From Mobula hypostoma (Eukaryota), in contig NC_086097.1 in NCBI RefSeq assembly GCF_963921235.1, forward strand, positions 177,136,001 to 177,200,000: a stretch of DNA of 64,000 nt. The letters run 5' to 3'. A model generated the notes under the pieces. That model was given only the letters and a program-made list of their open reading frames with translations. It ran no database searches and was not told the DNA's origin. A program made the translations under genes and the position numbers. This document shows positions 36,641-50,800 of the stretch, piece by piece. Each line of letters opens with the position of its first letter. The first letter of the stretch is position 1.

Positions 36641-38431
36641 AGCTTGGATGGGGCATTCTGATCGGTGATGGAGGGAGTGCAGAATCTCCCAAATGAGGCA
36701 CTCAGCTGTCAAATCCGGGTTATTGCCGTGTGCAAAGTACAATAAGGTACAGGTACAATGAGCATCTGGCTTGCATTTGCATCATAGGCACGTAGATTCG
36801 AGAATACACAGAATATAAAATTATACCTAAATTTTGTAAGTCTACACTACCATTTCTGCAGCATTCCATTGTTTTGAGCTCATTGTTGTATTTATTATTA
36901 GCTTATGTTATGTTACTGTGAGATCTTCATGTGTGCAAGGATTTTCATTGCACCCCACCGACTGTAGGATCTGGTAGGTGTTAATGGAAGCGCGTAGAGA
37001 ATGAAATCGGTAGTAGTGTAAGTGTGTGGTTGATGGTGGGCACATACAGTACATGGTTTTCCATTCTACCTAAGTATAGGGCTTTCACAGTCCTTGCTTC
37101 TCTCGACCAAGCCTGGAAGTGAAACACCTCATTCCTGGAAGTGTTTGAAAACCTTTCCTGCACCTTCGAGTCAAAGTCAAAGTTATTATCATTTGCACAT
37201 GTACACGGATGCAATAAAAAGTTTCCTTGCAGCAATATCACAGGCACAGGGCATCATTTCAGAAGCATTCTAATGAAAAATATAACTTAAACATACATTA
37301 TACTTACAAAAAAAAACAAGTAGAACAAAATAACAAATTCTATTGTAGCGCAAATTGGTCATAGTGTTGCTACACTGAGGTCATGATTAGGGTTCAGATG
37401 AATGGTTCAAGAACTAAATGGTTGAAGAGAAGTAGCTGTTCTTGAACCTGGTGGTGTGGGGCTTCTGACTTCTATGCCTCCTGCCCAGTGATGGCTACAA
37501 GACTATGACATGGCCCAGACGGTGGGTATTCCTTGGCAATAGGTGTTGCCTTCCTGGGGGAGCACCTTGTGTAGATTCTTCCGACGGTGAGGAGTGAGGC
37601 ACCTGTGCTGTATGACCTTCACATCCTAAGTGACACACGCTTCAATAATTGACAGACAAATAAGGATTAATAGGTTTGTTGCTTTCGAGCATGCTTGGAA
37701 TAAGGTCGCAATCCTTGAAGTAAAACCAAAAGTCAAACTTAAGATGATATCAGCACAACATTACAGAGCAAACTTAGTTCATTCACAGCTCAAAATTGGA
37801 GGATGCTCCATCAAAAATACACATTACTACCCTGTACAACAAAATTGTAGATAATATTCAAGCAGATAATTATAAAACCCTAGCATAAAAAACAAATTCA
37901 ATAGCCTCATTGTATCAAGGTACAAAGAACCATATAAATCACTTGACCTTCTCAGACAACATATCTAAATGTTGGACGCAGAAGAGCCAAGAACTCTGTT
38001 AAATAGCATATTTTACCATTTGCACTGGATTTATATCATCAATAACAAGGAATAATAATTTGCAATCTGGGGCTGCAGCTTACGTGGCAGTTTATGCTTC
38101 CAGCTCCTGTCTATATATCACTTCTAAATACCACATTAGGGGATGTACGGCAGCACCACTTCTTGCTCCATATGAACTATTATTGGTGTTTTCACTAATT
38201 TGTGCTTAGAGAGAAGAAAGCTAAAATAGATTATGTGGGGATATGTGAGCAGTGGCAATGTACTGTATGTTCTACTTTTTTAGTACTTGGCTGTAACTGG
38301 TAAAGCCAGCATTTATCGTCCAACCCCAAATGGCCTTTTAGCCGCCTCCAGATCCACTGCACTCTGCGTGGGACCCTCACAGTGTGCTCTCGTAGGGAGT
38401 TCCAAGAGCTAGACCTAGCCCCGGTGAAAGA

Positions 38432-39505
38432 ATTCAAAGACTCAAAGTACATTTATTATCAAAGAATGTATAAATTGTACAACCTTGAGAGCAAGAAGAC
38501 CAAAAGAACCCAATTTAAAAAAATAAAGACCTACCCCCAACCCTCTCTGCACACTGAGAAAGTGAAATAAAAACACAAATCATGCAAAAAATAGAAGGGA
38601 GCAGCAACAACAGCATTCTGAACCGAAAGGAGTCCTCAGATCTAAATCCCCAGAGCAACCCGGAGCAGGCCCAAAAGTCTCGGTATTCAATTCTTCATAT
38701 TAGCGGGGCAACTTGCTGCAAAATTCGCAGACATGAAGCACAGCAGCCAGGGGCAGTCTCACAGCCTTAACATTGCAGAGAGAGGAGTCCGTAGTCTATC
38801 TGGGTTGGTGCTTAAATTGTCCAAACAGTGGATCAAACCTCACATTAGGACCCGGGCTCCTCCGTGGTGAATCTCTCATGGCCTAGAACATGTTGCCCTG
38901 TGATTTGTTTCAGTCCTAGATCTCGCTGCCAAAGAAGCAGTTCTCAACTTCTCCAAGTCAGCCCAGCACCCAGAGAAATCCAACTTCGCCCAACTCTGAA
39001 TACCCTGTCTTTCCAGTCTTTCTAGGCCAGCATTTAAATTGTCCAAACAGCGGATCATGCCTCACATTAGGACTCGGGCTCTGTCATAGTGAATCACTCT
39101 GGACCTAGAATACACCGCCCATCAGTTAGCTTTGGACCTAGATTTTACTGCCGAAGAAGCAGTTCTCAACTTCTCCAAATAGGCTCGCCACTTAGAGTGA
39201 TCCACCCAGTCTCGCACCCAGGTTAGTTGGACAGGCTTCGGAACCTCTGCCTCATCTTCTCCTCTCCCAATCGCTCACGCCAACTGGCATGGCTCCACCT
39301 CAAACTGCATTGATTTTGCAGTGCACCAGTAGGGCACATCTCTCAAATTTGCTTTGCCTTCACTCACCTCTTCATTGTTTGCGGTGATAGTTTACCACAA
39401 TCTACTTCAAAATAAGTGTTATTAGTAATGTTTTTAATTGAATTCCTTTGCTTTCAAACTACCAATAAGCTGTTACACATATTCGGTAGCACCATTGTAA
39501 ACTGG
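38432..39505 (-). mobile_element. Non-autonomous retroelement with an internal ~222-bp tandem duplication
   Basis: Rex1-like tail (TTCAAAG..ATTTATTATCAAAG on +); repeat units at ~38811-38990 and ~39033-39210; related to 4806-5352. Confidence 0.6.
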
Positions 39506-41144
39506 TTTAGATGACTGAATACAAAGATATTTCCAAGTCAGAGAAGAAGGATTTTTGATAAATGATGAATCCCTGGAATTAACACAGAACGTAGAACAAT
39601 ACAGTATAGGACAGACCATTTGACCCTCAACTTTGCCCTGATTTTGACATAATTTATACTAAATGTCATATTCTTGTGTGTCATCCATATCCCTGTATAC
39701 CTTTTATATTCATATGTCTGTCTAAAAGACCCGTAAACTCCATCAAACTGCCTGTTTCCACAACTTCCTCTGGTAAGCCATTCCGGACACGTACTCTCTC
39801 ATCATAAAGTAAACATTGCCCCACACATCACCTTTAAACATCCTCTGTGCCCACTCCCCCCACCCCCCACTCTCCAACCTTAAATGCATGTCTTCTGGTG
39901 TTTGACATTTCTAGCCTGGAAAAAATTATTCTGATGTCCACCATATCTATGCCTCTCATAATTTAAAAACACTCTATCTGATCTCATTTCAGTCTCTGGC
40001 ACTCTAGTGAGAACAACCAAAAGTTTCTCCAACTTCTCCAACTAGCTCATACCCTCTAATCAAGGCAGCATCCTGGTAAATCTCTTCTGCATCCTCTCCA
40101 GTCTCCACATCCTTCCCATAATGGGGTACCAGAACTGCACACAATTCCCCAAGTGCACTTTGTCTAAAATTTTATATAGTTCTTAACTTTGAGGATTGTG
40201 GCAACTGGATCACAATCACAGTTAAAGTTCAGTTTTTTGTCATAAGCACCAGTCCATGTATGTACAGGTGCAATGAAAAACTTACTTACAGCGGCATCAC
40301 AGGCACATAGCAGCAGATAAGCAGCATTCACAAGAAAAAAATAAATTAGACATAATTTTTACAATTTGAACAAAAATGGCCATTTTAGCACAAAGGGATC
40401 AAAGTGGTTACAGTGTTGCTAAACTGTAGAGATCAGGGTTTTGCCAGTTGCTTCAAGAACCAAATGGGTGAAGGGATGAAGCTGTTCTTGAACCTGGTGA
40501 TATGGGAAGTTGGGCTTCTTTACCTCCAGATGGTAGCTGCAAGAAGATGGCATGGTTCAGATTGTGGAGATCTTTGATGGTGGATGTTGTTACCTTGAGG
40601 TAGCACCACTGGTAGTGGGGAAGGATGTGCCCATGATCTACTGCACAGTCTCTGCAGCTTCTTACATTCCAGTACTTACAGATTCCTGTACCACACCATG
40701 TTGGAGAGTATATTGACTGGCTGCATCACAGCCTGGTATGGAAGCATGTAAGCCCTTGAATGGAAAATCCTACAAGAAATAGTAGATACAGTCCAGTCTA
40801 CCAAAGGCAAATCCCTCGACACCTCTGAGCACCTCTACATGAAACGCTGTCACAGGAAAACAAGCATCCATCCTCAAGGACTCCTGCCCCACATGACATG
40901 CTCTCTTCTCACTGCTACCATCAGGTAGAAGGTGCAGGAGCCTCAGATCTCACACTATCAGGTTTAGAAAGAGTTACTACCCCTCAGTTTACCCCTCAGT
41001 TCGCAATTTACTCGCCAGCACATTTTTGGGATATGGAAGGATACTGCAGCACCCAGAAGGAAACAACATAGTCACGTGTAAACCCCACGTATGGTCAGGA
41101 TCAAACCTGGGCCACTGGAGTTGTGAGACAGCAGCTCTACCCAT

Positions 41145-41545
41145 GGAAGAGGAAGGGTGGGTTAGTAAGTTTGCAGATGACATGAAGGTTGGTGGAGTTA
41201 TGGATCATGTAGAAGGTTGTCATAAGATACAATGGATACAAATGATAGGATGCAGAGCTGGCCTGAGAAAAGACAGGTGGAGTTCAATCCGGAAAAGTAT
41301 GAAGCGATTCACTTTGGGAGGCCGAACTTGAAGCCTTGTACAGGGTTAGTGGCAGGAATCCTAATAGTGCTGGGGAAAAGAAGGATCTTGGGGTCCATGC
41401 TCAAAGAACCTGCAAAGTTGCCACCCAAGTTTCTAGGATGGATAAGAAGACATATGCTGTGCTGGCCTTCATTAATCAGGGGATTGAGATCAAGAGCTGC
41501 AAGGTATTGTTGGATCTCTATAAAACTCAGTTGGACCACAATTGT
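41145..41545 (+). mobile_element. Old CR1 RT fragment
   Basis: WVSKFADDMKVGG, EFNPEKYEAIHFGR, LAFINQGIE. Confidence 0.8.
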
Positions 41546-42315
41546 GTCCATTCCAGGATGGATGAAGGGGGTGAGGGTTCCCTGACCTCTCCACACCGCT
41601 CACTCTGTTGGGAACGCACACCCGATGGAACAACTGGCACTATGGTTGTTTCAAAGTGTCCCGAGGGACCTTACAGCCAATGACACACTACAGAAACCAG
41701 AACTCAGTCAGATACCACAAGCAGCTCAAGGATCAGCTATTTAAGTTTTATTTGAGGATAAAAATGAGGCTGCTGTGCAGAATGCCCACCTTCCCCCCAT
41801 TCCAATTTAAAATAGTGTCTTGTCAATGTCAGAGATTTCAATAGCTAAGAAAACCACACCAACATTTCTACTTCCTCAGAAGATGACAAGAAATCGCAGA
41901 GGATTAAGACACAGTCCAGTATATCACACATACCAGCCTCCCCTCCACTAACTCTGTTTACACTTCCCACTGCCCAGGGAAAGCCGTCAATATAATGTCA
42001 GAACAACATCATGAGTGAAAAGGCCTGTACGATGCTGATCGAGGATTCCGCCCACCCTGTCATTCTTTCATCATCCCCTCCCATTGGGTAAAAGACGCAA
42101 TAGTTTCAGACCACGTACCACCAGGTTTAAGAATAACTTCTACCCGACTTTACAAGACTCTTGAATAGACCTCTCATATGCCAAAGATGAACTCTCTATC
42201 TCCTCGCAAATTGGCCCTCTCCCCATCCTCCCCCAGCCAGAACAAGAATAGGTTTCCCCTCATTCTCACCTACCACTCCACCTCCCTACACTTACCTTAT
42301 TTCACAGCTTCCGAA

Positions 42316-43475
42316 GTTCAAAGTAACTTCTATTATCAGAGTACATACATGTCACCATATACAGCCCTGAGATTCTTTTTCTGTGGCATACTTAACAAAT
42401 CCATAGGACAGTAACTGTAAACAGTAAACATCAAGAACTGTAATTTGTAAGCAAATTGTGCAAGTGCAGGTAATAAATAACAATAAATAACGAGCATAAA
42501 AAGACAAGGTAGAAGAGTCCTTAAATCCCCTTGCTTTCAAGAGCCTGATGGTCGAGGGGTAGTAACTGTTCCTGAATCTGGTGGTGTGAGTCCTGAGGCT
42601 CTTGTACCTTCTACCTGATGGCAGCTACAAGAAAAGAACATGGCCTAGGAGGTGAGGATCTTGGTTGTAGATGTAGATGTATTCAATAGTTAGAAGGGTT
42701 TTACCCATGATTACCCATGGCTGAATCCACTACCTTTAGCAGGATTTTCCACTCAAAGGCATTGGTGTTTCCATACCAGGCTATAATGCAGGTAGTCAGC
42801 ATGCTGTCCAACACACATCCATAGAAGTTTGCCAAGGTTTCTAATGACATGCCGAACCTCTGCAGACTCCTAAGGAAGTAGAGTCGCTGTTGTGCTTTCT
42901 TCACAATTATATTTATATGATGGGTCCAGGACAGGTCTTCTGAGATAGTGACACCCAGGAATTAAAAGCTACTAGCCCTCTCCACCTCTGATCCTCTAAT
43001 GATTACTGGCTCATGGAATGATGGTTTCCCTCTTCTGAAGTCTACTATCAGTGCCTTGGTCTTATTGACGTTGAGTGAGATATTGTTGTTACTATACCAC
43101 TCAGCCAAGTTTTCAATCTCCCTCCTGTATGCTGACTCATCACCCCCTTTGATACAGCCCACAATAGTGCTGTCATAAGCAAACTTGTATATGGTGTTGG
43201 AGCTGTACTTAACCACACAGTCATAAATGCAAAGTGAGTAGATTAAGGGGTTAAGCACACATCTCTGTGGTGCTCCTGTGCTGATGAAAATTGCGAAAGA
43301 GATATTTTGCCAGTCCAAACTGACTGGGCTCTACAAGTAAGGAAATCCAGGATCCAATTGCGCAAAGTCCTGGAGTTTTCTGATTAGTTTTGAGTGGATG
43401 ATGGTATTAAATGCTGAGCTATAATCAATAAAGAGCATCCTGATGTGTGCATCTTTTCTGTCCAGATGTCCCAGG
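42316..43475 (-). mobile_element. Rex1/Babar 3' fragment inserted in a Penelope-like ORF remnant (42215-42300, 43476-43620)
   Basis: [33 protein letters not shown]; the left flank encodes Penelope-type NKNRFPLILTYHSTSLH. Confidence 0.82.
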
Positions 43476-44310
43476 GCTCCACCACCTACAAGAAACCATC
43501 ACCAGGCGCATCTTCCCCTCCCCTCTCGACTTTCTGTAGGGATACTCCCTCTGTGACTCCCTTGTCCACTCATCTCACCCAAAACCCCACTACCCTCCCT
43601 CCCCAGGCACTCGTCTCAGTGTAGCATCTGTGGAGAGAGAAGCAGAATTACTCTTCAGGTTGGCGACTTTTCGACAAAACTGAAAATATTTAAAGATAAG
43701 ATTTTTTAAATACAGAGAAAGAATGAGTGTTGTGGGGGGGGAGGTTGAGGGAAGCAAAGGCATGTGATACAGTGGAAGCTGAGAGGAAGTAAGTGGTAAA
43801 AGACATGAAAAGGAAGATTAAAGGGTGTGAAGCCATAAGGACAGTTCCAGAACAGTCATGGTCAAGCTATTAGCCAGAGTGCCTTCACAGGACCCTTCCG
43901 AGACCTTACCTACCCAGGACATTCCCTCTCCTCCCCCTCCAATCGGGTCAAAGATACAAAAGCCTGAAAGCACACAGCAGCAGGCTTAGGGGCAGCTTCT
44001 ACCCCTACCATTAAATAGTTCCCAAGTAAGCTATGTTGGACTGGACCTCACATTGTTATCGTCAGGAAGGAGAAGGAGGTACACACTCAGCGATTCCGCA
44101 GAATAGCTTCTTTCCCTTTGCCATCCACTCTCTAAATGGACATTGAACCCATGAACACCACCTCACTTTTTTATATTTCCGTTTTTGCACTACTATTCTT
44201 AATTGAGCTACTATATATATAAACTGTAATTCATTGTTTTTTCTGTATTTATCATGTATTGCATTGCACTGCTGAAATCACCAAGTTAACAAATTTCACA
44301 ACATATGCCG

Positions 44311-45621
44311 TGTCACAGTGGTGGGGGCTTTGGGAGCAAGGGTGGACCCAAATGCAAGACATATCTTGTGAGGTTACTTAAATTTAGTTTATTGTTCGAA
44401 ACCAGGAGAGCAAGGCAGGAGTAGGAATAGCGAACTGGACAAGGACTGAGGACTACGACTAGGCTGGGACCAAGGGTCTGGGCTAGGACTCGGCATCGGC
44501 TCCCAGAACTAGGGGAGACATGAAGAGGCTAGGGTACGGACTCCGAGCCCGAGACTGGGCAAGGACCCAGTACCTGGGTCTTGCCTCGGGCTCGGACCCC
44601 AGAACCAGGCATGGACATGACATGGGCTAGGGAGAGAAGGAACATGGGAACACAGAGCCTCGGTCTCGAGAGAGCAGGTACATGGAACCATGGACACATA
44701 CACAGAACACAGAGTCGGGATCCCTCCTTGGCTACAGGACATAGGGCCGGGACTCACACACAGAACAGAGAGCCGGGACCCCTCCTTGGGTACAGGAAAT
44801 AGGGCCGGGACTCATGACCCTCCGTGGGGCAACTGCAAGCCAGCCTGACTTACCCCACAGAGGCGAGGACAAGACAAGACAAGACAAGGCATGACTCCCC
44901 GCAGGGCATCTGCAAGACGGCCAGACTTACCCCACGGAGGCGAGGACAAGACAAGACAAGACAAGACCAACACGAAAGAACACCAGACAGTACCTATCTA
45001 GCTCCGGCAATAGAACTAGACTGAAGTGCAGGCGAGGGCTGCAGACGAGGGTTAGAGGCAAGAGGGGCAGAGAAGGGATTCAGACAAGGGGGTAGGACAG
45101 GAATCACAGACCGCCAGGGCCAGGACTTGACTTTGTGGTAGAATGCCGCCAGGGCCAGGACTTGACTTGGAACTTGAATGCCCCCAGAGCCAAGACTTGA
45201 CTTGGAGCCTCCGGGTAGTGGTGAGCTCTCGATTCGACCCAGGAACAGCAGACAGCGGTTCTTGATTTCCTCCGGCGGGTTAACTGACGGACCCACCTTG
45301 ATGAGGAAACTTTGCAGGCTCGCTTTGGCGAGGTAACTGGACTGGATTGCTCCAGTGAGGAAGGGCGAATTACCGGCACTCGCTTCTGCAGAGACTAGGC
45401 TTGCTCCGGCCAGATGACATTGGCACGCCGTGACTTTGCAGACTTTGCAGACGCTCCCACACCGAACGGCTGAAAGCCAGAGACAATAATCTACCGGTTC
45501 AGCCGAGTGTTAATTGCCTCTAATCACCAAAGACGAGGGACACGGGAAAACAGGGAATCAACAGTCCGGATCGTAACATAAACAAGCTAAATTTAAAGGG
45601 ACCCCGATCAGGACCATGACA
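44311..45621 (-). mobile_element. Solo LTR, 1311 bp, with internal short tandem repeats
   Basis: Termini TGTCA...TGACA; perfect 5-bp TSD TGCCG (44306-44310 / 45622-45626); AATAAA on the minus strand 44393-44388; (GACAA)n and ~60-bp internal repeats. Confidence 0.9.
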
Positions 45622-46284
45622 TGCCGATGATATTAAACCTGATTCTGATTCTAACATTCTACCTCACTATAATCTTGCTCATTATTGTCTGCCTGGACTG
45701 CACTTACTCTGAAACTGCAACACTTTATTCTGCATTGGTGTTGTTTTCCCTTGTTCTACCTCAATGCACTGTATAATCTATATGAACAGTTTGCAAGGCA
45801 GGCTTTTCACTGGATCAATGTGACAATTATAAACCAATAAACCAATCAATGTCATTGACCATAAGAATAATAAGGTCATGTTGCAACTATGTCAAACTTT
45901 GGTTTCTGTGGAATTTGCATGCTCTTCCTGTGACTGAGTGGGTTTCCTCTCTTAAGACATGGGAAGACAGTAAATTGCCCCTTGGGTGTGCAAGAGTTGC
46001 AACTATATAAAACTTTGGCTTGTGTGGAATTTGCATGCAGTCCCTGAGATTGCATGGGCTTCCTCTCTTAAGACGTGGGAAAATAGTAGATTGCCCCTAG
46101 TGTGTATTGTGCGGGAATGGCGTAATTTAAGGGAGTTGATGGGAATGTGGGGGAGAATAAAATGGGATTGATGAAAATGAGCTCTTGATGATCAGTGCCT
46201 TTTTCTGTGTTGTATAGTCTTCAGAGTTTGCTTTTCTTTAAACTAACTTCATTTGACTAAATACTTTAATGGTTTAAATGTGTT

Positions 46285-46610
46285 AGAATCATAGAGTCAG
46301 AGAGAGATACAGCACAGAAAGGCCCTTCAGGCTACCAAGACCATGACAACCAGCAACCACCCATTTATACCAGTCCTCTTTTATTCCCATCAGCTATGCC
46401 CAATCCAACCTTTCTCCAACACACCAGAGGCAACTTAGAGTGGCCAATTAATCCACCAACATGCACATATTTGGGATGTGGAAGAAAACCTAGCAGCTGG
46501 GAGAAACCTTCACAGGCACAGGGAGAACACGCAAACTCAACACAGACAGATTCCAAGGTTAGAATTGAACCCAGATTTCTGGAGCTCTGAAGCAGTGGCT
46601 CTATCCAGTA
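46285..46610 (-). mobile_element. V-SINE (HE1-like) with CR1-type tail
   Basis: Minus strand has B box GGTTCAATTC and V-domain TGTGTTGAGTTTGCGTGTTCTCCCTGTG; similar copies at ~8460-8590, 41010-41140, 45900-46220 and 50580-50700. Confidence 0.72.
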
Positions 46611-46739
46611 TGTTCTTAAGTGCTTTAGATGTATTGGGGTTTGTTTGTTTTTAATAAATTAACATATTTTAATCTTTAATTATTTGAGAGATTATAATCT
46701 TTAATTCTTTCTGAACATGTAAGAGACTTTCAGAAATAT

Positions 46740-47600
46740 TGGGGCCAAGATTGGGGACGTAGTGGACAGTGAAGAAGACTTTCAAAACTTGCAGTGGGAT
46801 GTAGACCAGCTAGAAAAGTGAGCTGAAAAATGGCAGGTGGAATAGGATGTAGACAAGTGCAAGTTGTTGCACTTTGGGAGGACAAACCAGGGTAGGATTT
46901 ACACAGTGGAGAGTAGGACAGGGGGATCTGGGAATACAGATCTATAATTCTTTCAAAGTGGTGACACAGGTAGATAAGTTTGTAAAGAACAAATTGGGCA
47001 GATCAGCTTTCATAAATCAATTGAGTACAGGAATTGGGATGTCATGTTGAAGTTGTATAAGATGTTGGTGACTCCCAATCGGGAGTATTTTGTGCAGTTC
47101 TGGTTACTTATCTACAGGAAAGATATCAATAAGTTGGAAAGCGTACAGAGACAGTTGACAAGGCTGTTGCCAGTACTTGAGGACTTGAGTTGTAGGGAAG
47201 GGTTAAATAGGTTAGAGCTTTATTCTCCAGAGTGTAGGAGAATGAGGGGGGAGTTAGAGGTATACAAAATTATGAGGGACTTTGGTAGGGTTAATGCATA
47301 GAGGCTGGATGAGACTAGAACTAGTCACAGGTTAAGGGTGAGAGGTGAAATGTAAGGGGAATCTGCGGGGGGTGTCATCTTCTCTCAGAGGGTGGTAAGA
47401 GTGTAGAATGAGCTTCCAGTAAAAGTGGTGTACAGGGGTTTGATTTCTTCATTTAAGAGAAATTTGGATAAGTAGCTGGATAGTCATGGTATGTAGGGCT
47501 AGGGATCAGGTGCACATTAATGGGACTATGCAGAATAATAGTTCGGCTCAGACTAGATGAGCTGTTTCTGGAGGGCCTGCTTCTGTGGTGTAGTGCTCTC
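46740..47600 (+). mobile_element. Old CR1 3' fragment
   Basis: ORF 47044-47301 (MLKLYKMLV..YRKDINKLESVQR..EVYKIMR). Confidence 0.85.
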
Positions 47601-50600
47601 TCTATGCAAATCTTCAACAGATTTGAAAGCTAGCCAGTTCATTTGGCTGTCAATAATCTGTGTTTTCAGCTGCTTCAACCCTCCATTTCCATGCACACCT
47701 CATGCCATACGATACTAATCAGGACACAGTAGTTTGGCTGTTTGGGACCCAATCATCCACGTTCACTCCTTCCATCACTGGCATACCAGTCTGCCATCTA
47801 CAAACTGCACCGTGACTAATTCTCAAGGCTTCTCTGACAACATCTCATAACACACAGGCCTCTTCCTCCAAGGAAGACCAGGGCAGCAAGTACAAGGGAG
47901 CATCATCATCTGCAGGGTCCCTTCCAAGTCACTTGCCGTTTGGATTTGGAAATGCAGCAGCATTTGTTCCTCACCAATGGTCCAGGTCCTCAGCATCACC
48001 ATGGGAACACCTTCACCAGAAGGACTGCAACGGTTCAAAAGCTGGCATAATAGCACGTTCGCAAGGACAGTCATGGCTAGTCTTGCCTGTAATGTTCATT
48101 CCCTTTGAGAGATCATAAATAAACCCACCATTTGTGTCATTTTCCATTTATATTTTCAGAGTTCCAGCATCTGCAGTATTTTGCTTTCTGTCCTTGGAGT
48201 CCTGCTTGCTAATGTAAAATAATTCCCCTTCAGAGAGGATTACACCATCTTATGCTATTTCAATAATAAATGTAATTTTGTTTTGATTTCTTCTGGGAAA
48301 GTGTTTAAATAAGTTGGAAATAAACCTGTGATCACTCCACTGCACAGATTCATTGTCCATTTTAATTATACAGCAATTAGTTTGCTCACTGCTACCCTTG
48401 TATTTCCTTGCCAGTAATCTGAATGATTTATAGTATCTCATTCTGTAAGAAGCTGTGAGTGAGATGGAAATATGACGAGATCTCTGAGAGTTCTCAGAAA
48501 CACACTCTTGGCTCCTTCTGTATCAGACTCTGAAGAGAACAAAATGTGATCCCATGGATGTCAGGGAGGAGATAAGTATCTGTCTCCAGAGGGAAAAGCT
48601 AGCCTGGTCAGTTGGCCAGAAAAATGGCAAGTGAGGTTGGTAAATTAGTAAGTTAGTGTATTATTTTCACATGTACCGAGGTACAATGAAGTATTTTATT
48701 TTGCATGCCATCCATACAGATCACCACCACATTTGTACATTGAGGTAGTACAATGGAAAAGCAATAACAGATATCAGAATAAAGTGTTACAGTTCAGAGA
48801 AAGTGCAGTACAGGTAGACAATAATGTGCAAGGTCATACTGAGGTAAATTGTGAGCATGAGAATTTATCTCATCATATTAGGGGAGCATTGAATAGTCTT
48901 ATACCAGTGAAATAGACATTGTCCTTCACCTTGTGGTGGTACCTGTTTTCAGGCTTTTGTATCTTCTGTCCGATGGTGGGGGGAGGGGTGGTGGGTGGGA
49001 GAAGAGAGAATGCTCAGCATGGGTTGGGGCTTTTGTTATGTTGGCTGCTTCACCGAGGCAGCGAGAGGCGTAGGTAAATTTTGCTAAGCAGTGTCCACAC
49101 CTCTCTGCCTCTGACCCTGATGTGTCCTGATGAAGGGTCTCGGCCTGCACTCTTTTCCCTAGTTGCTGCCAGGCCTGCTCAGATCCTCCAGCATTTTGTG
49201 TGTGTTGCTTGGATTTCCAGCATCTGCAGATTTTCTCTTGTTTATGAGGAGCTCAGCAGGTCAGGCAGCTTCTGTTGAGGGAAATGGACAGTTCATACTT
49301 CGGTTCTCAACATATTGCTGGAGGAACACATCGCTGAGTTCCTCCAGCAGCTTGTATTTTGCTGCAGATTCTGGCAACTGGAGCCTCTTGTGTTCTTATT
49401 TTATGGCTCCATTCCAAAGTCCCTCCGCAGTGTGTACATTTTGAAAAAGTTCCCTTTCCCCACCATAACCCATCTCTTTGACAAGAGTTCTGCAACCCCC
49501 TCTCTTACTGCTCCCTCCTCTTTGACTACATTCTCACCCAGATTGAGGGTCCTCAGCCCAAAACATCAGCTGTCCATTTCCCTCCACAGAAGCTGCCTGA
49601 CCTGCCGAGCTCCCCATCAGCTTGGTTGCTCTGTTTTTTCATTCGACTTGTACATTGGGATCATCTGTGATCCTTGTGGTGTGGCCAAGCAGATGTTAGC
49701 TCATTCACACTTTACCTCAGGGTACTGAGAAGAAAATCTGGGCTGAAACTCTCTGTATAGAATTCACTTAATCATTTTAAGGTTTCACTAGCAGGAAGAG
49801 CATTTACTGCCCATCCCTGACTGCCCTTGAATTTACTGGCTTGCTGGGTCATTCCAGTGTCAAACACACAGGGTGGTCTGGAGAAGATATGCGATTTCCA
49901 CCCTTGAAGGAAACTGAGTGAATCTAAGAATAAACAAGAGTCCAATGGTTTTCTGGTCATCTCTGCTGACAACCAGTCTTTATTTTAATTGCAGATAGTA
50001 AGCTGAATTTAAATTCCACTGATCCTACTATAGGACTGACCACAAGGTTCCCAGTCTGGCCAATTAACCACTGCAGCACCATGCTGTACAGAGTCCAGTG
50101 CAATGGTGTCACTGAAGACCAGGTACTTTCAGGTTAACTCCCTTCTTGTGAGTTAACTTGGAGAAGGGTAATGCTTTTAAACTTTCTTTGTCATTGTGAA
50201 TATCTCAACTAGCTGGTCAGTTAGTCACTTATCTCTTTGCCAATTGTGAGATCTTGCTGTGCATGATTTGAAGGCCATGTTTCTCTCCACTTCTAGAGCC
50301 CGTAATGCTTCAGAAGTACCTCTGAGGCCTTAGGTCCTACACTAACCCATGGAGTGTTTGGACATTAAAGACACCTATGTCAGAGTATTGTGAATTGACT
50401 GCAGTTCTGCCTTCATTAAAGATTAATGATCAACTTTATTCATGTCTTGTACATTGAAACAACAAAGCATAGAGTAAAATGCGTCCTTTCCATCAGTGAT
50501 CAACAGAGTCCAAATAGGTGCTGGGGGACACAAGTGTCACTATGATTTTGACACCAACATAGCATGCCCTCAGCTGACGAATCCTAACCTGTACATGATT

Positions 50601-50800
50601 TAGAATGTGGATGGAAATTGGAGCATCGAAAGGAAACCCATGCAGTCACCCGGAGAACATACAACTTCCTTACAGGCAGTGACCTGCTATGCTGCAATGC
50701 CCCTCATATTATTATCAGAAGCATCTCCAGACCCTGGGAGTCAATGCAACTGGGCCTTCCTGATCAATAGACCATAATCGGTAACAATAGGAAGCAACAC

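Noticed and set aside
44640..44970. Regularly spaced short repeats resembling a CRISPR-like array
   Set aside because: Imperfect tandem repeats inside a TSD-bounded LTR in eukaryotic DNA, with no unique spacers and no cas genes.
49121..49150. Hammerhead-like CTGATGAAGGGTCTCGGCC
   Set aside because: The GAAAC-GUC half is deleted. Similarly decayed copies at ~9425, 13475, 19806, 60143, 61908 and 63485 are not called as ribozymes.
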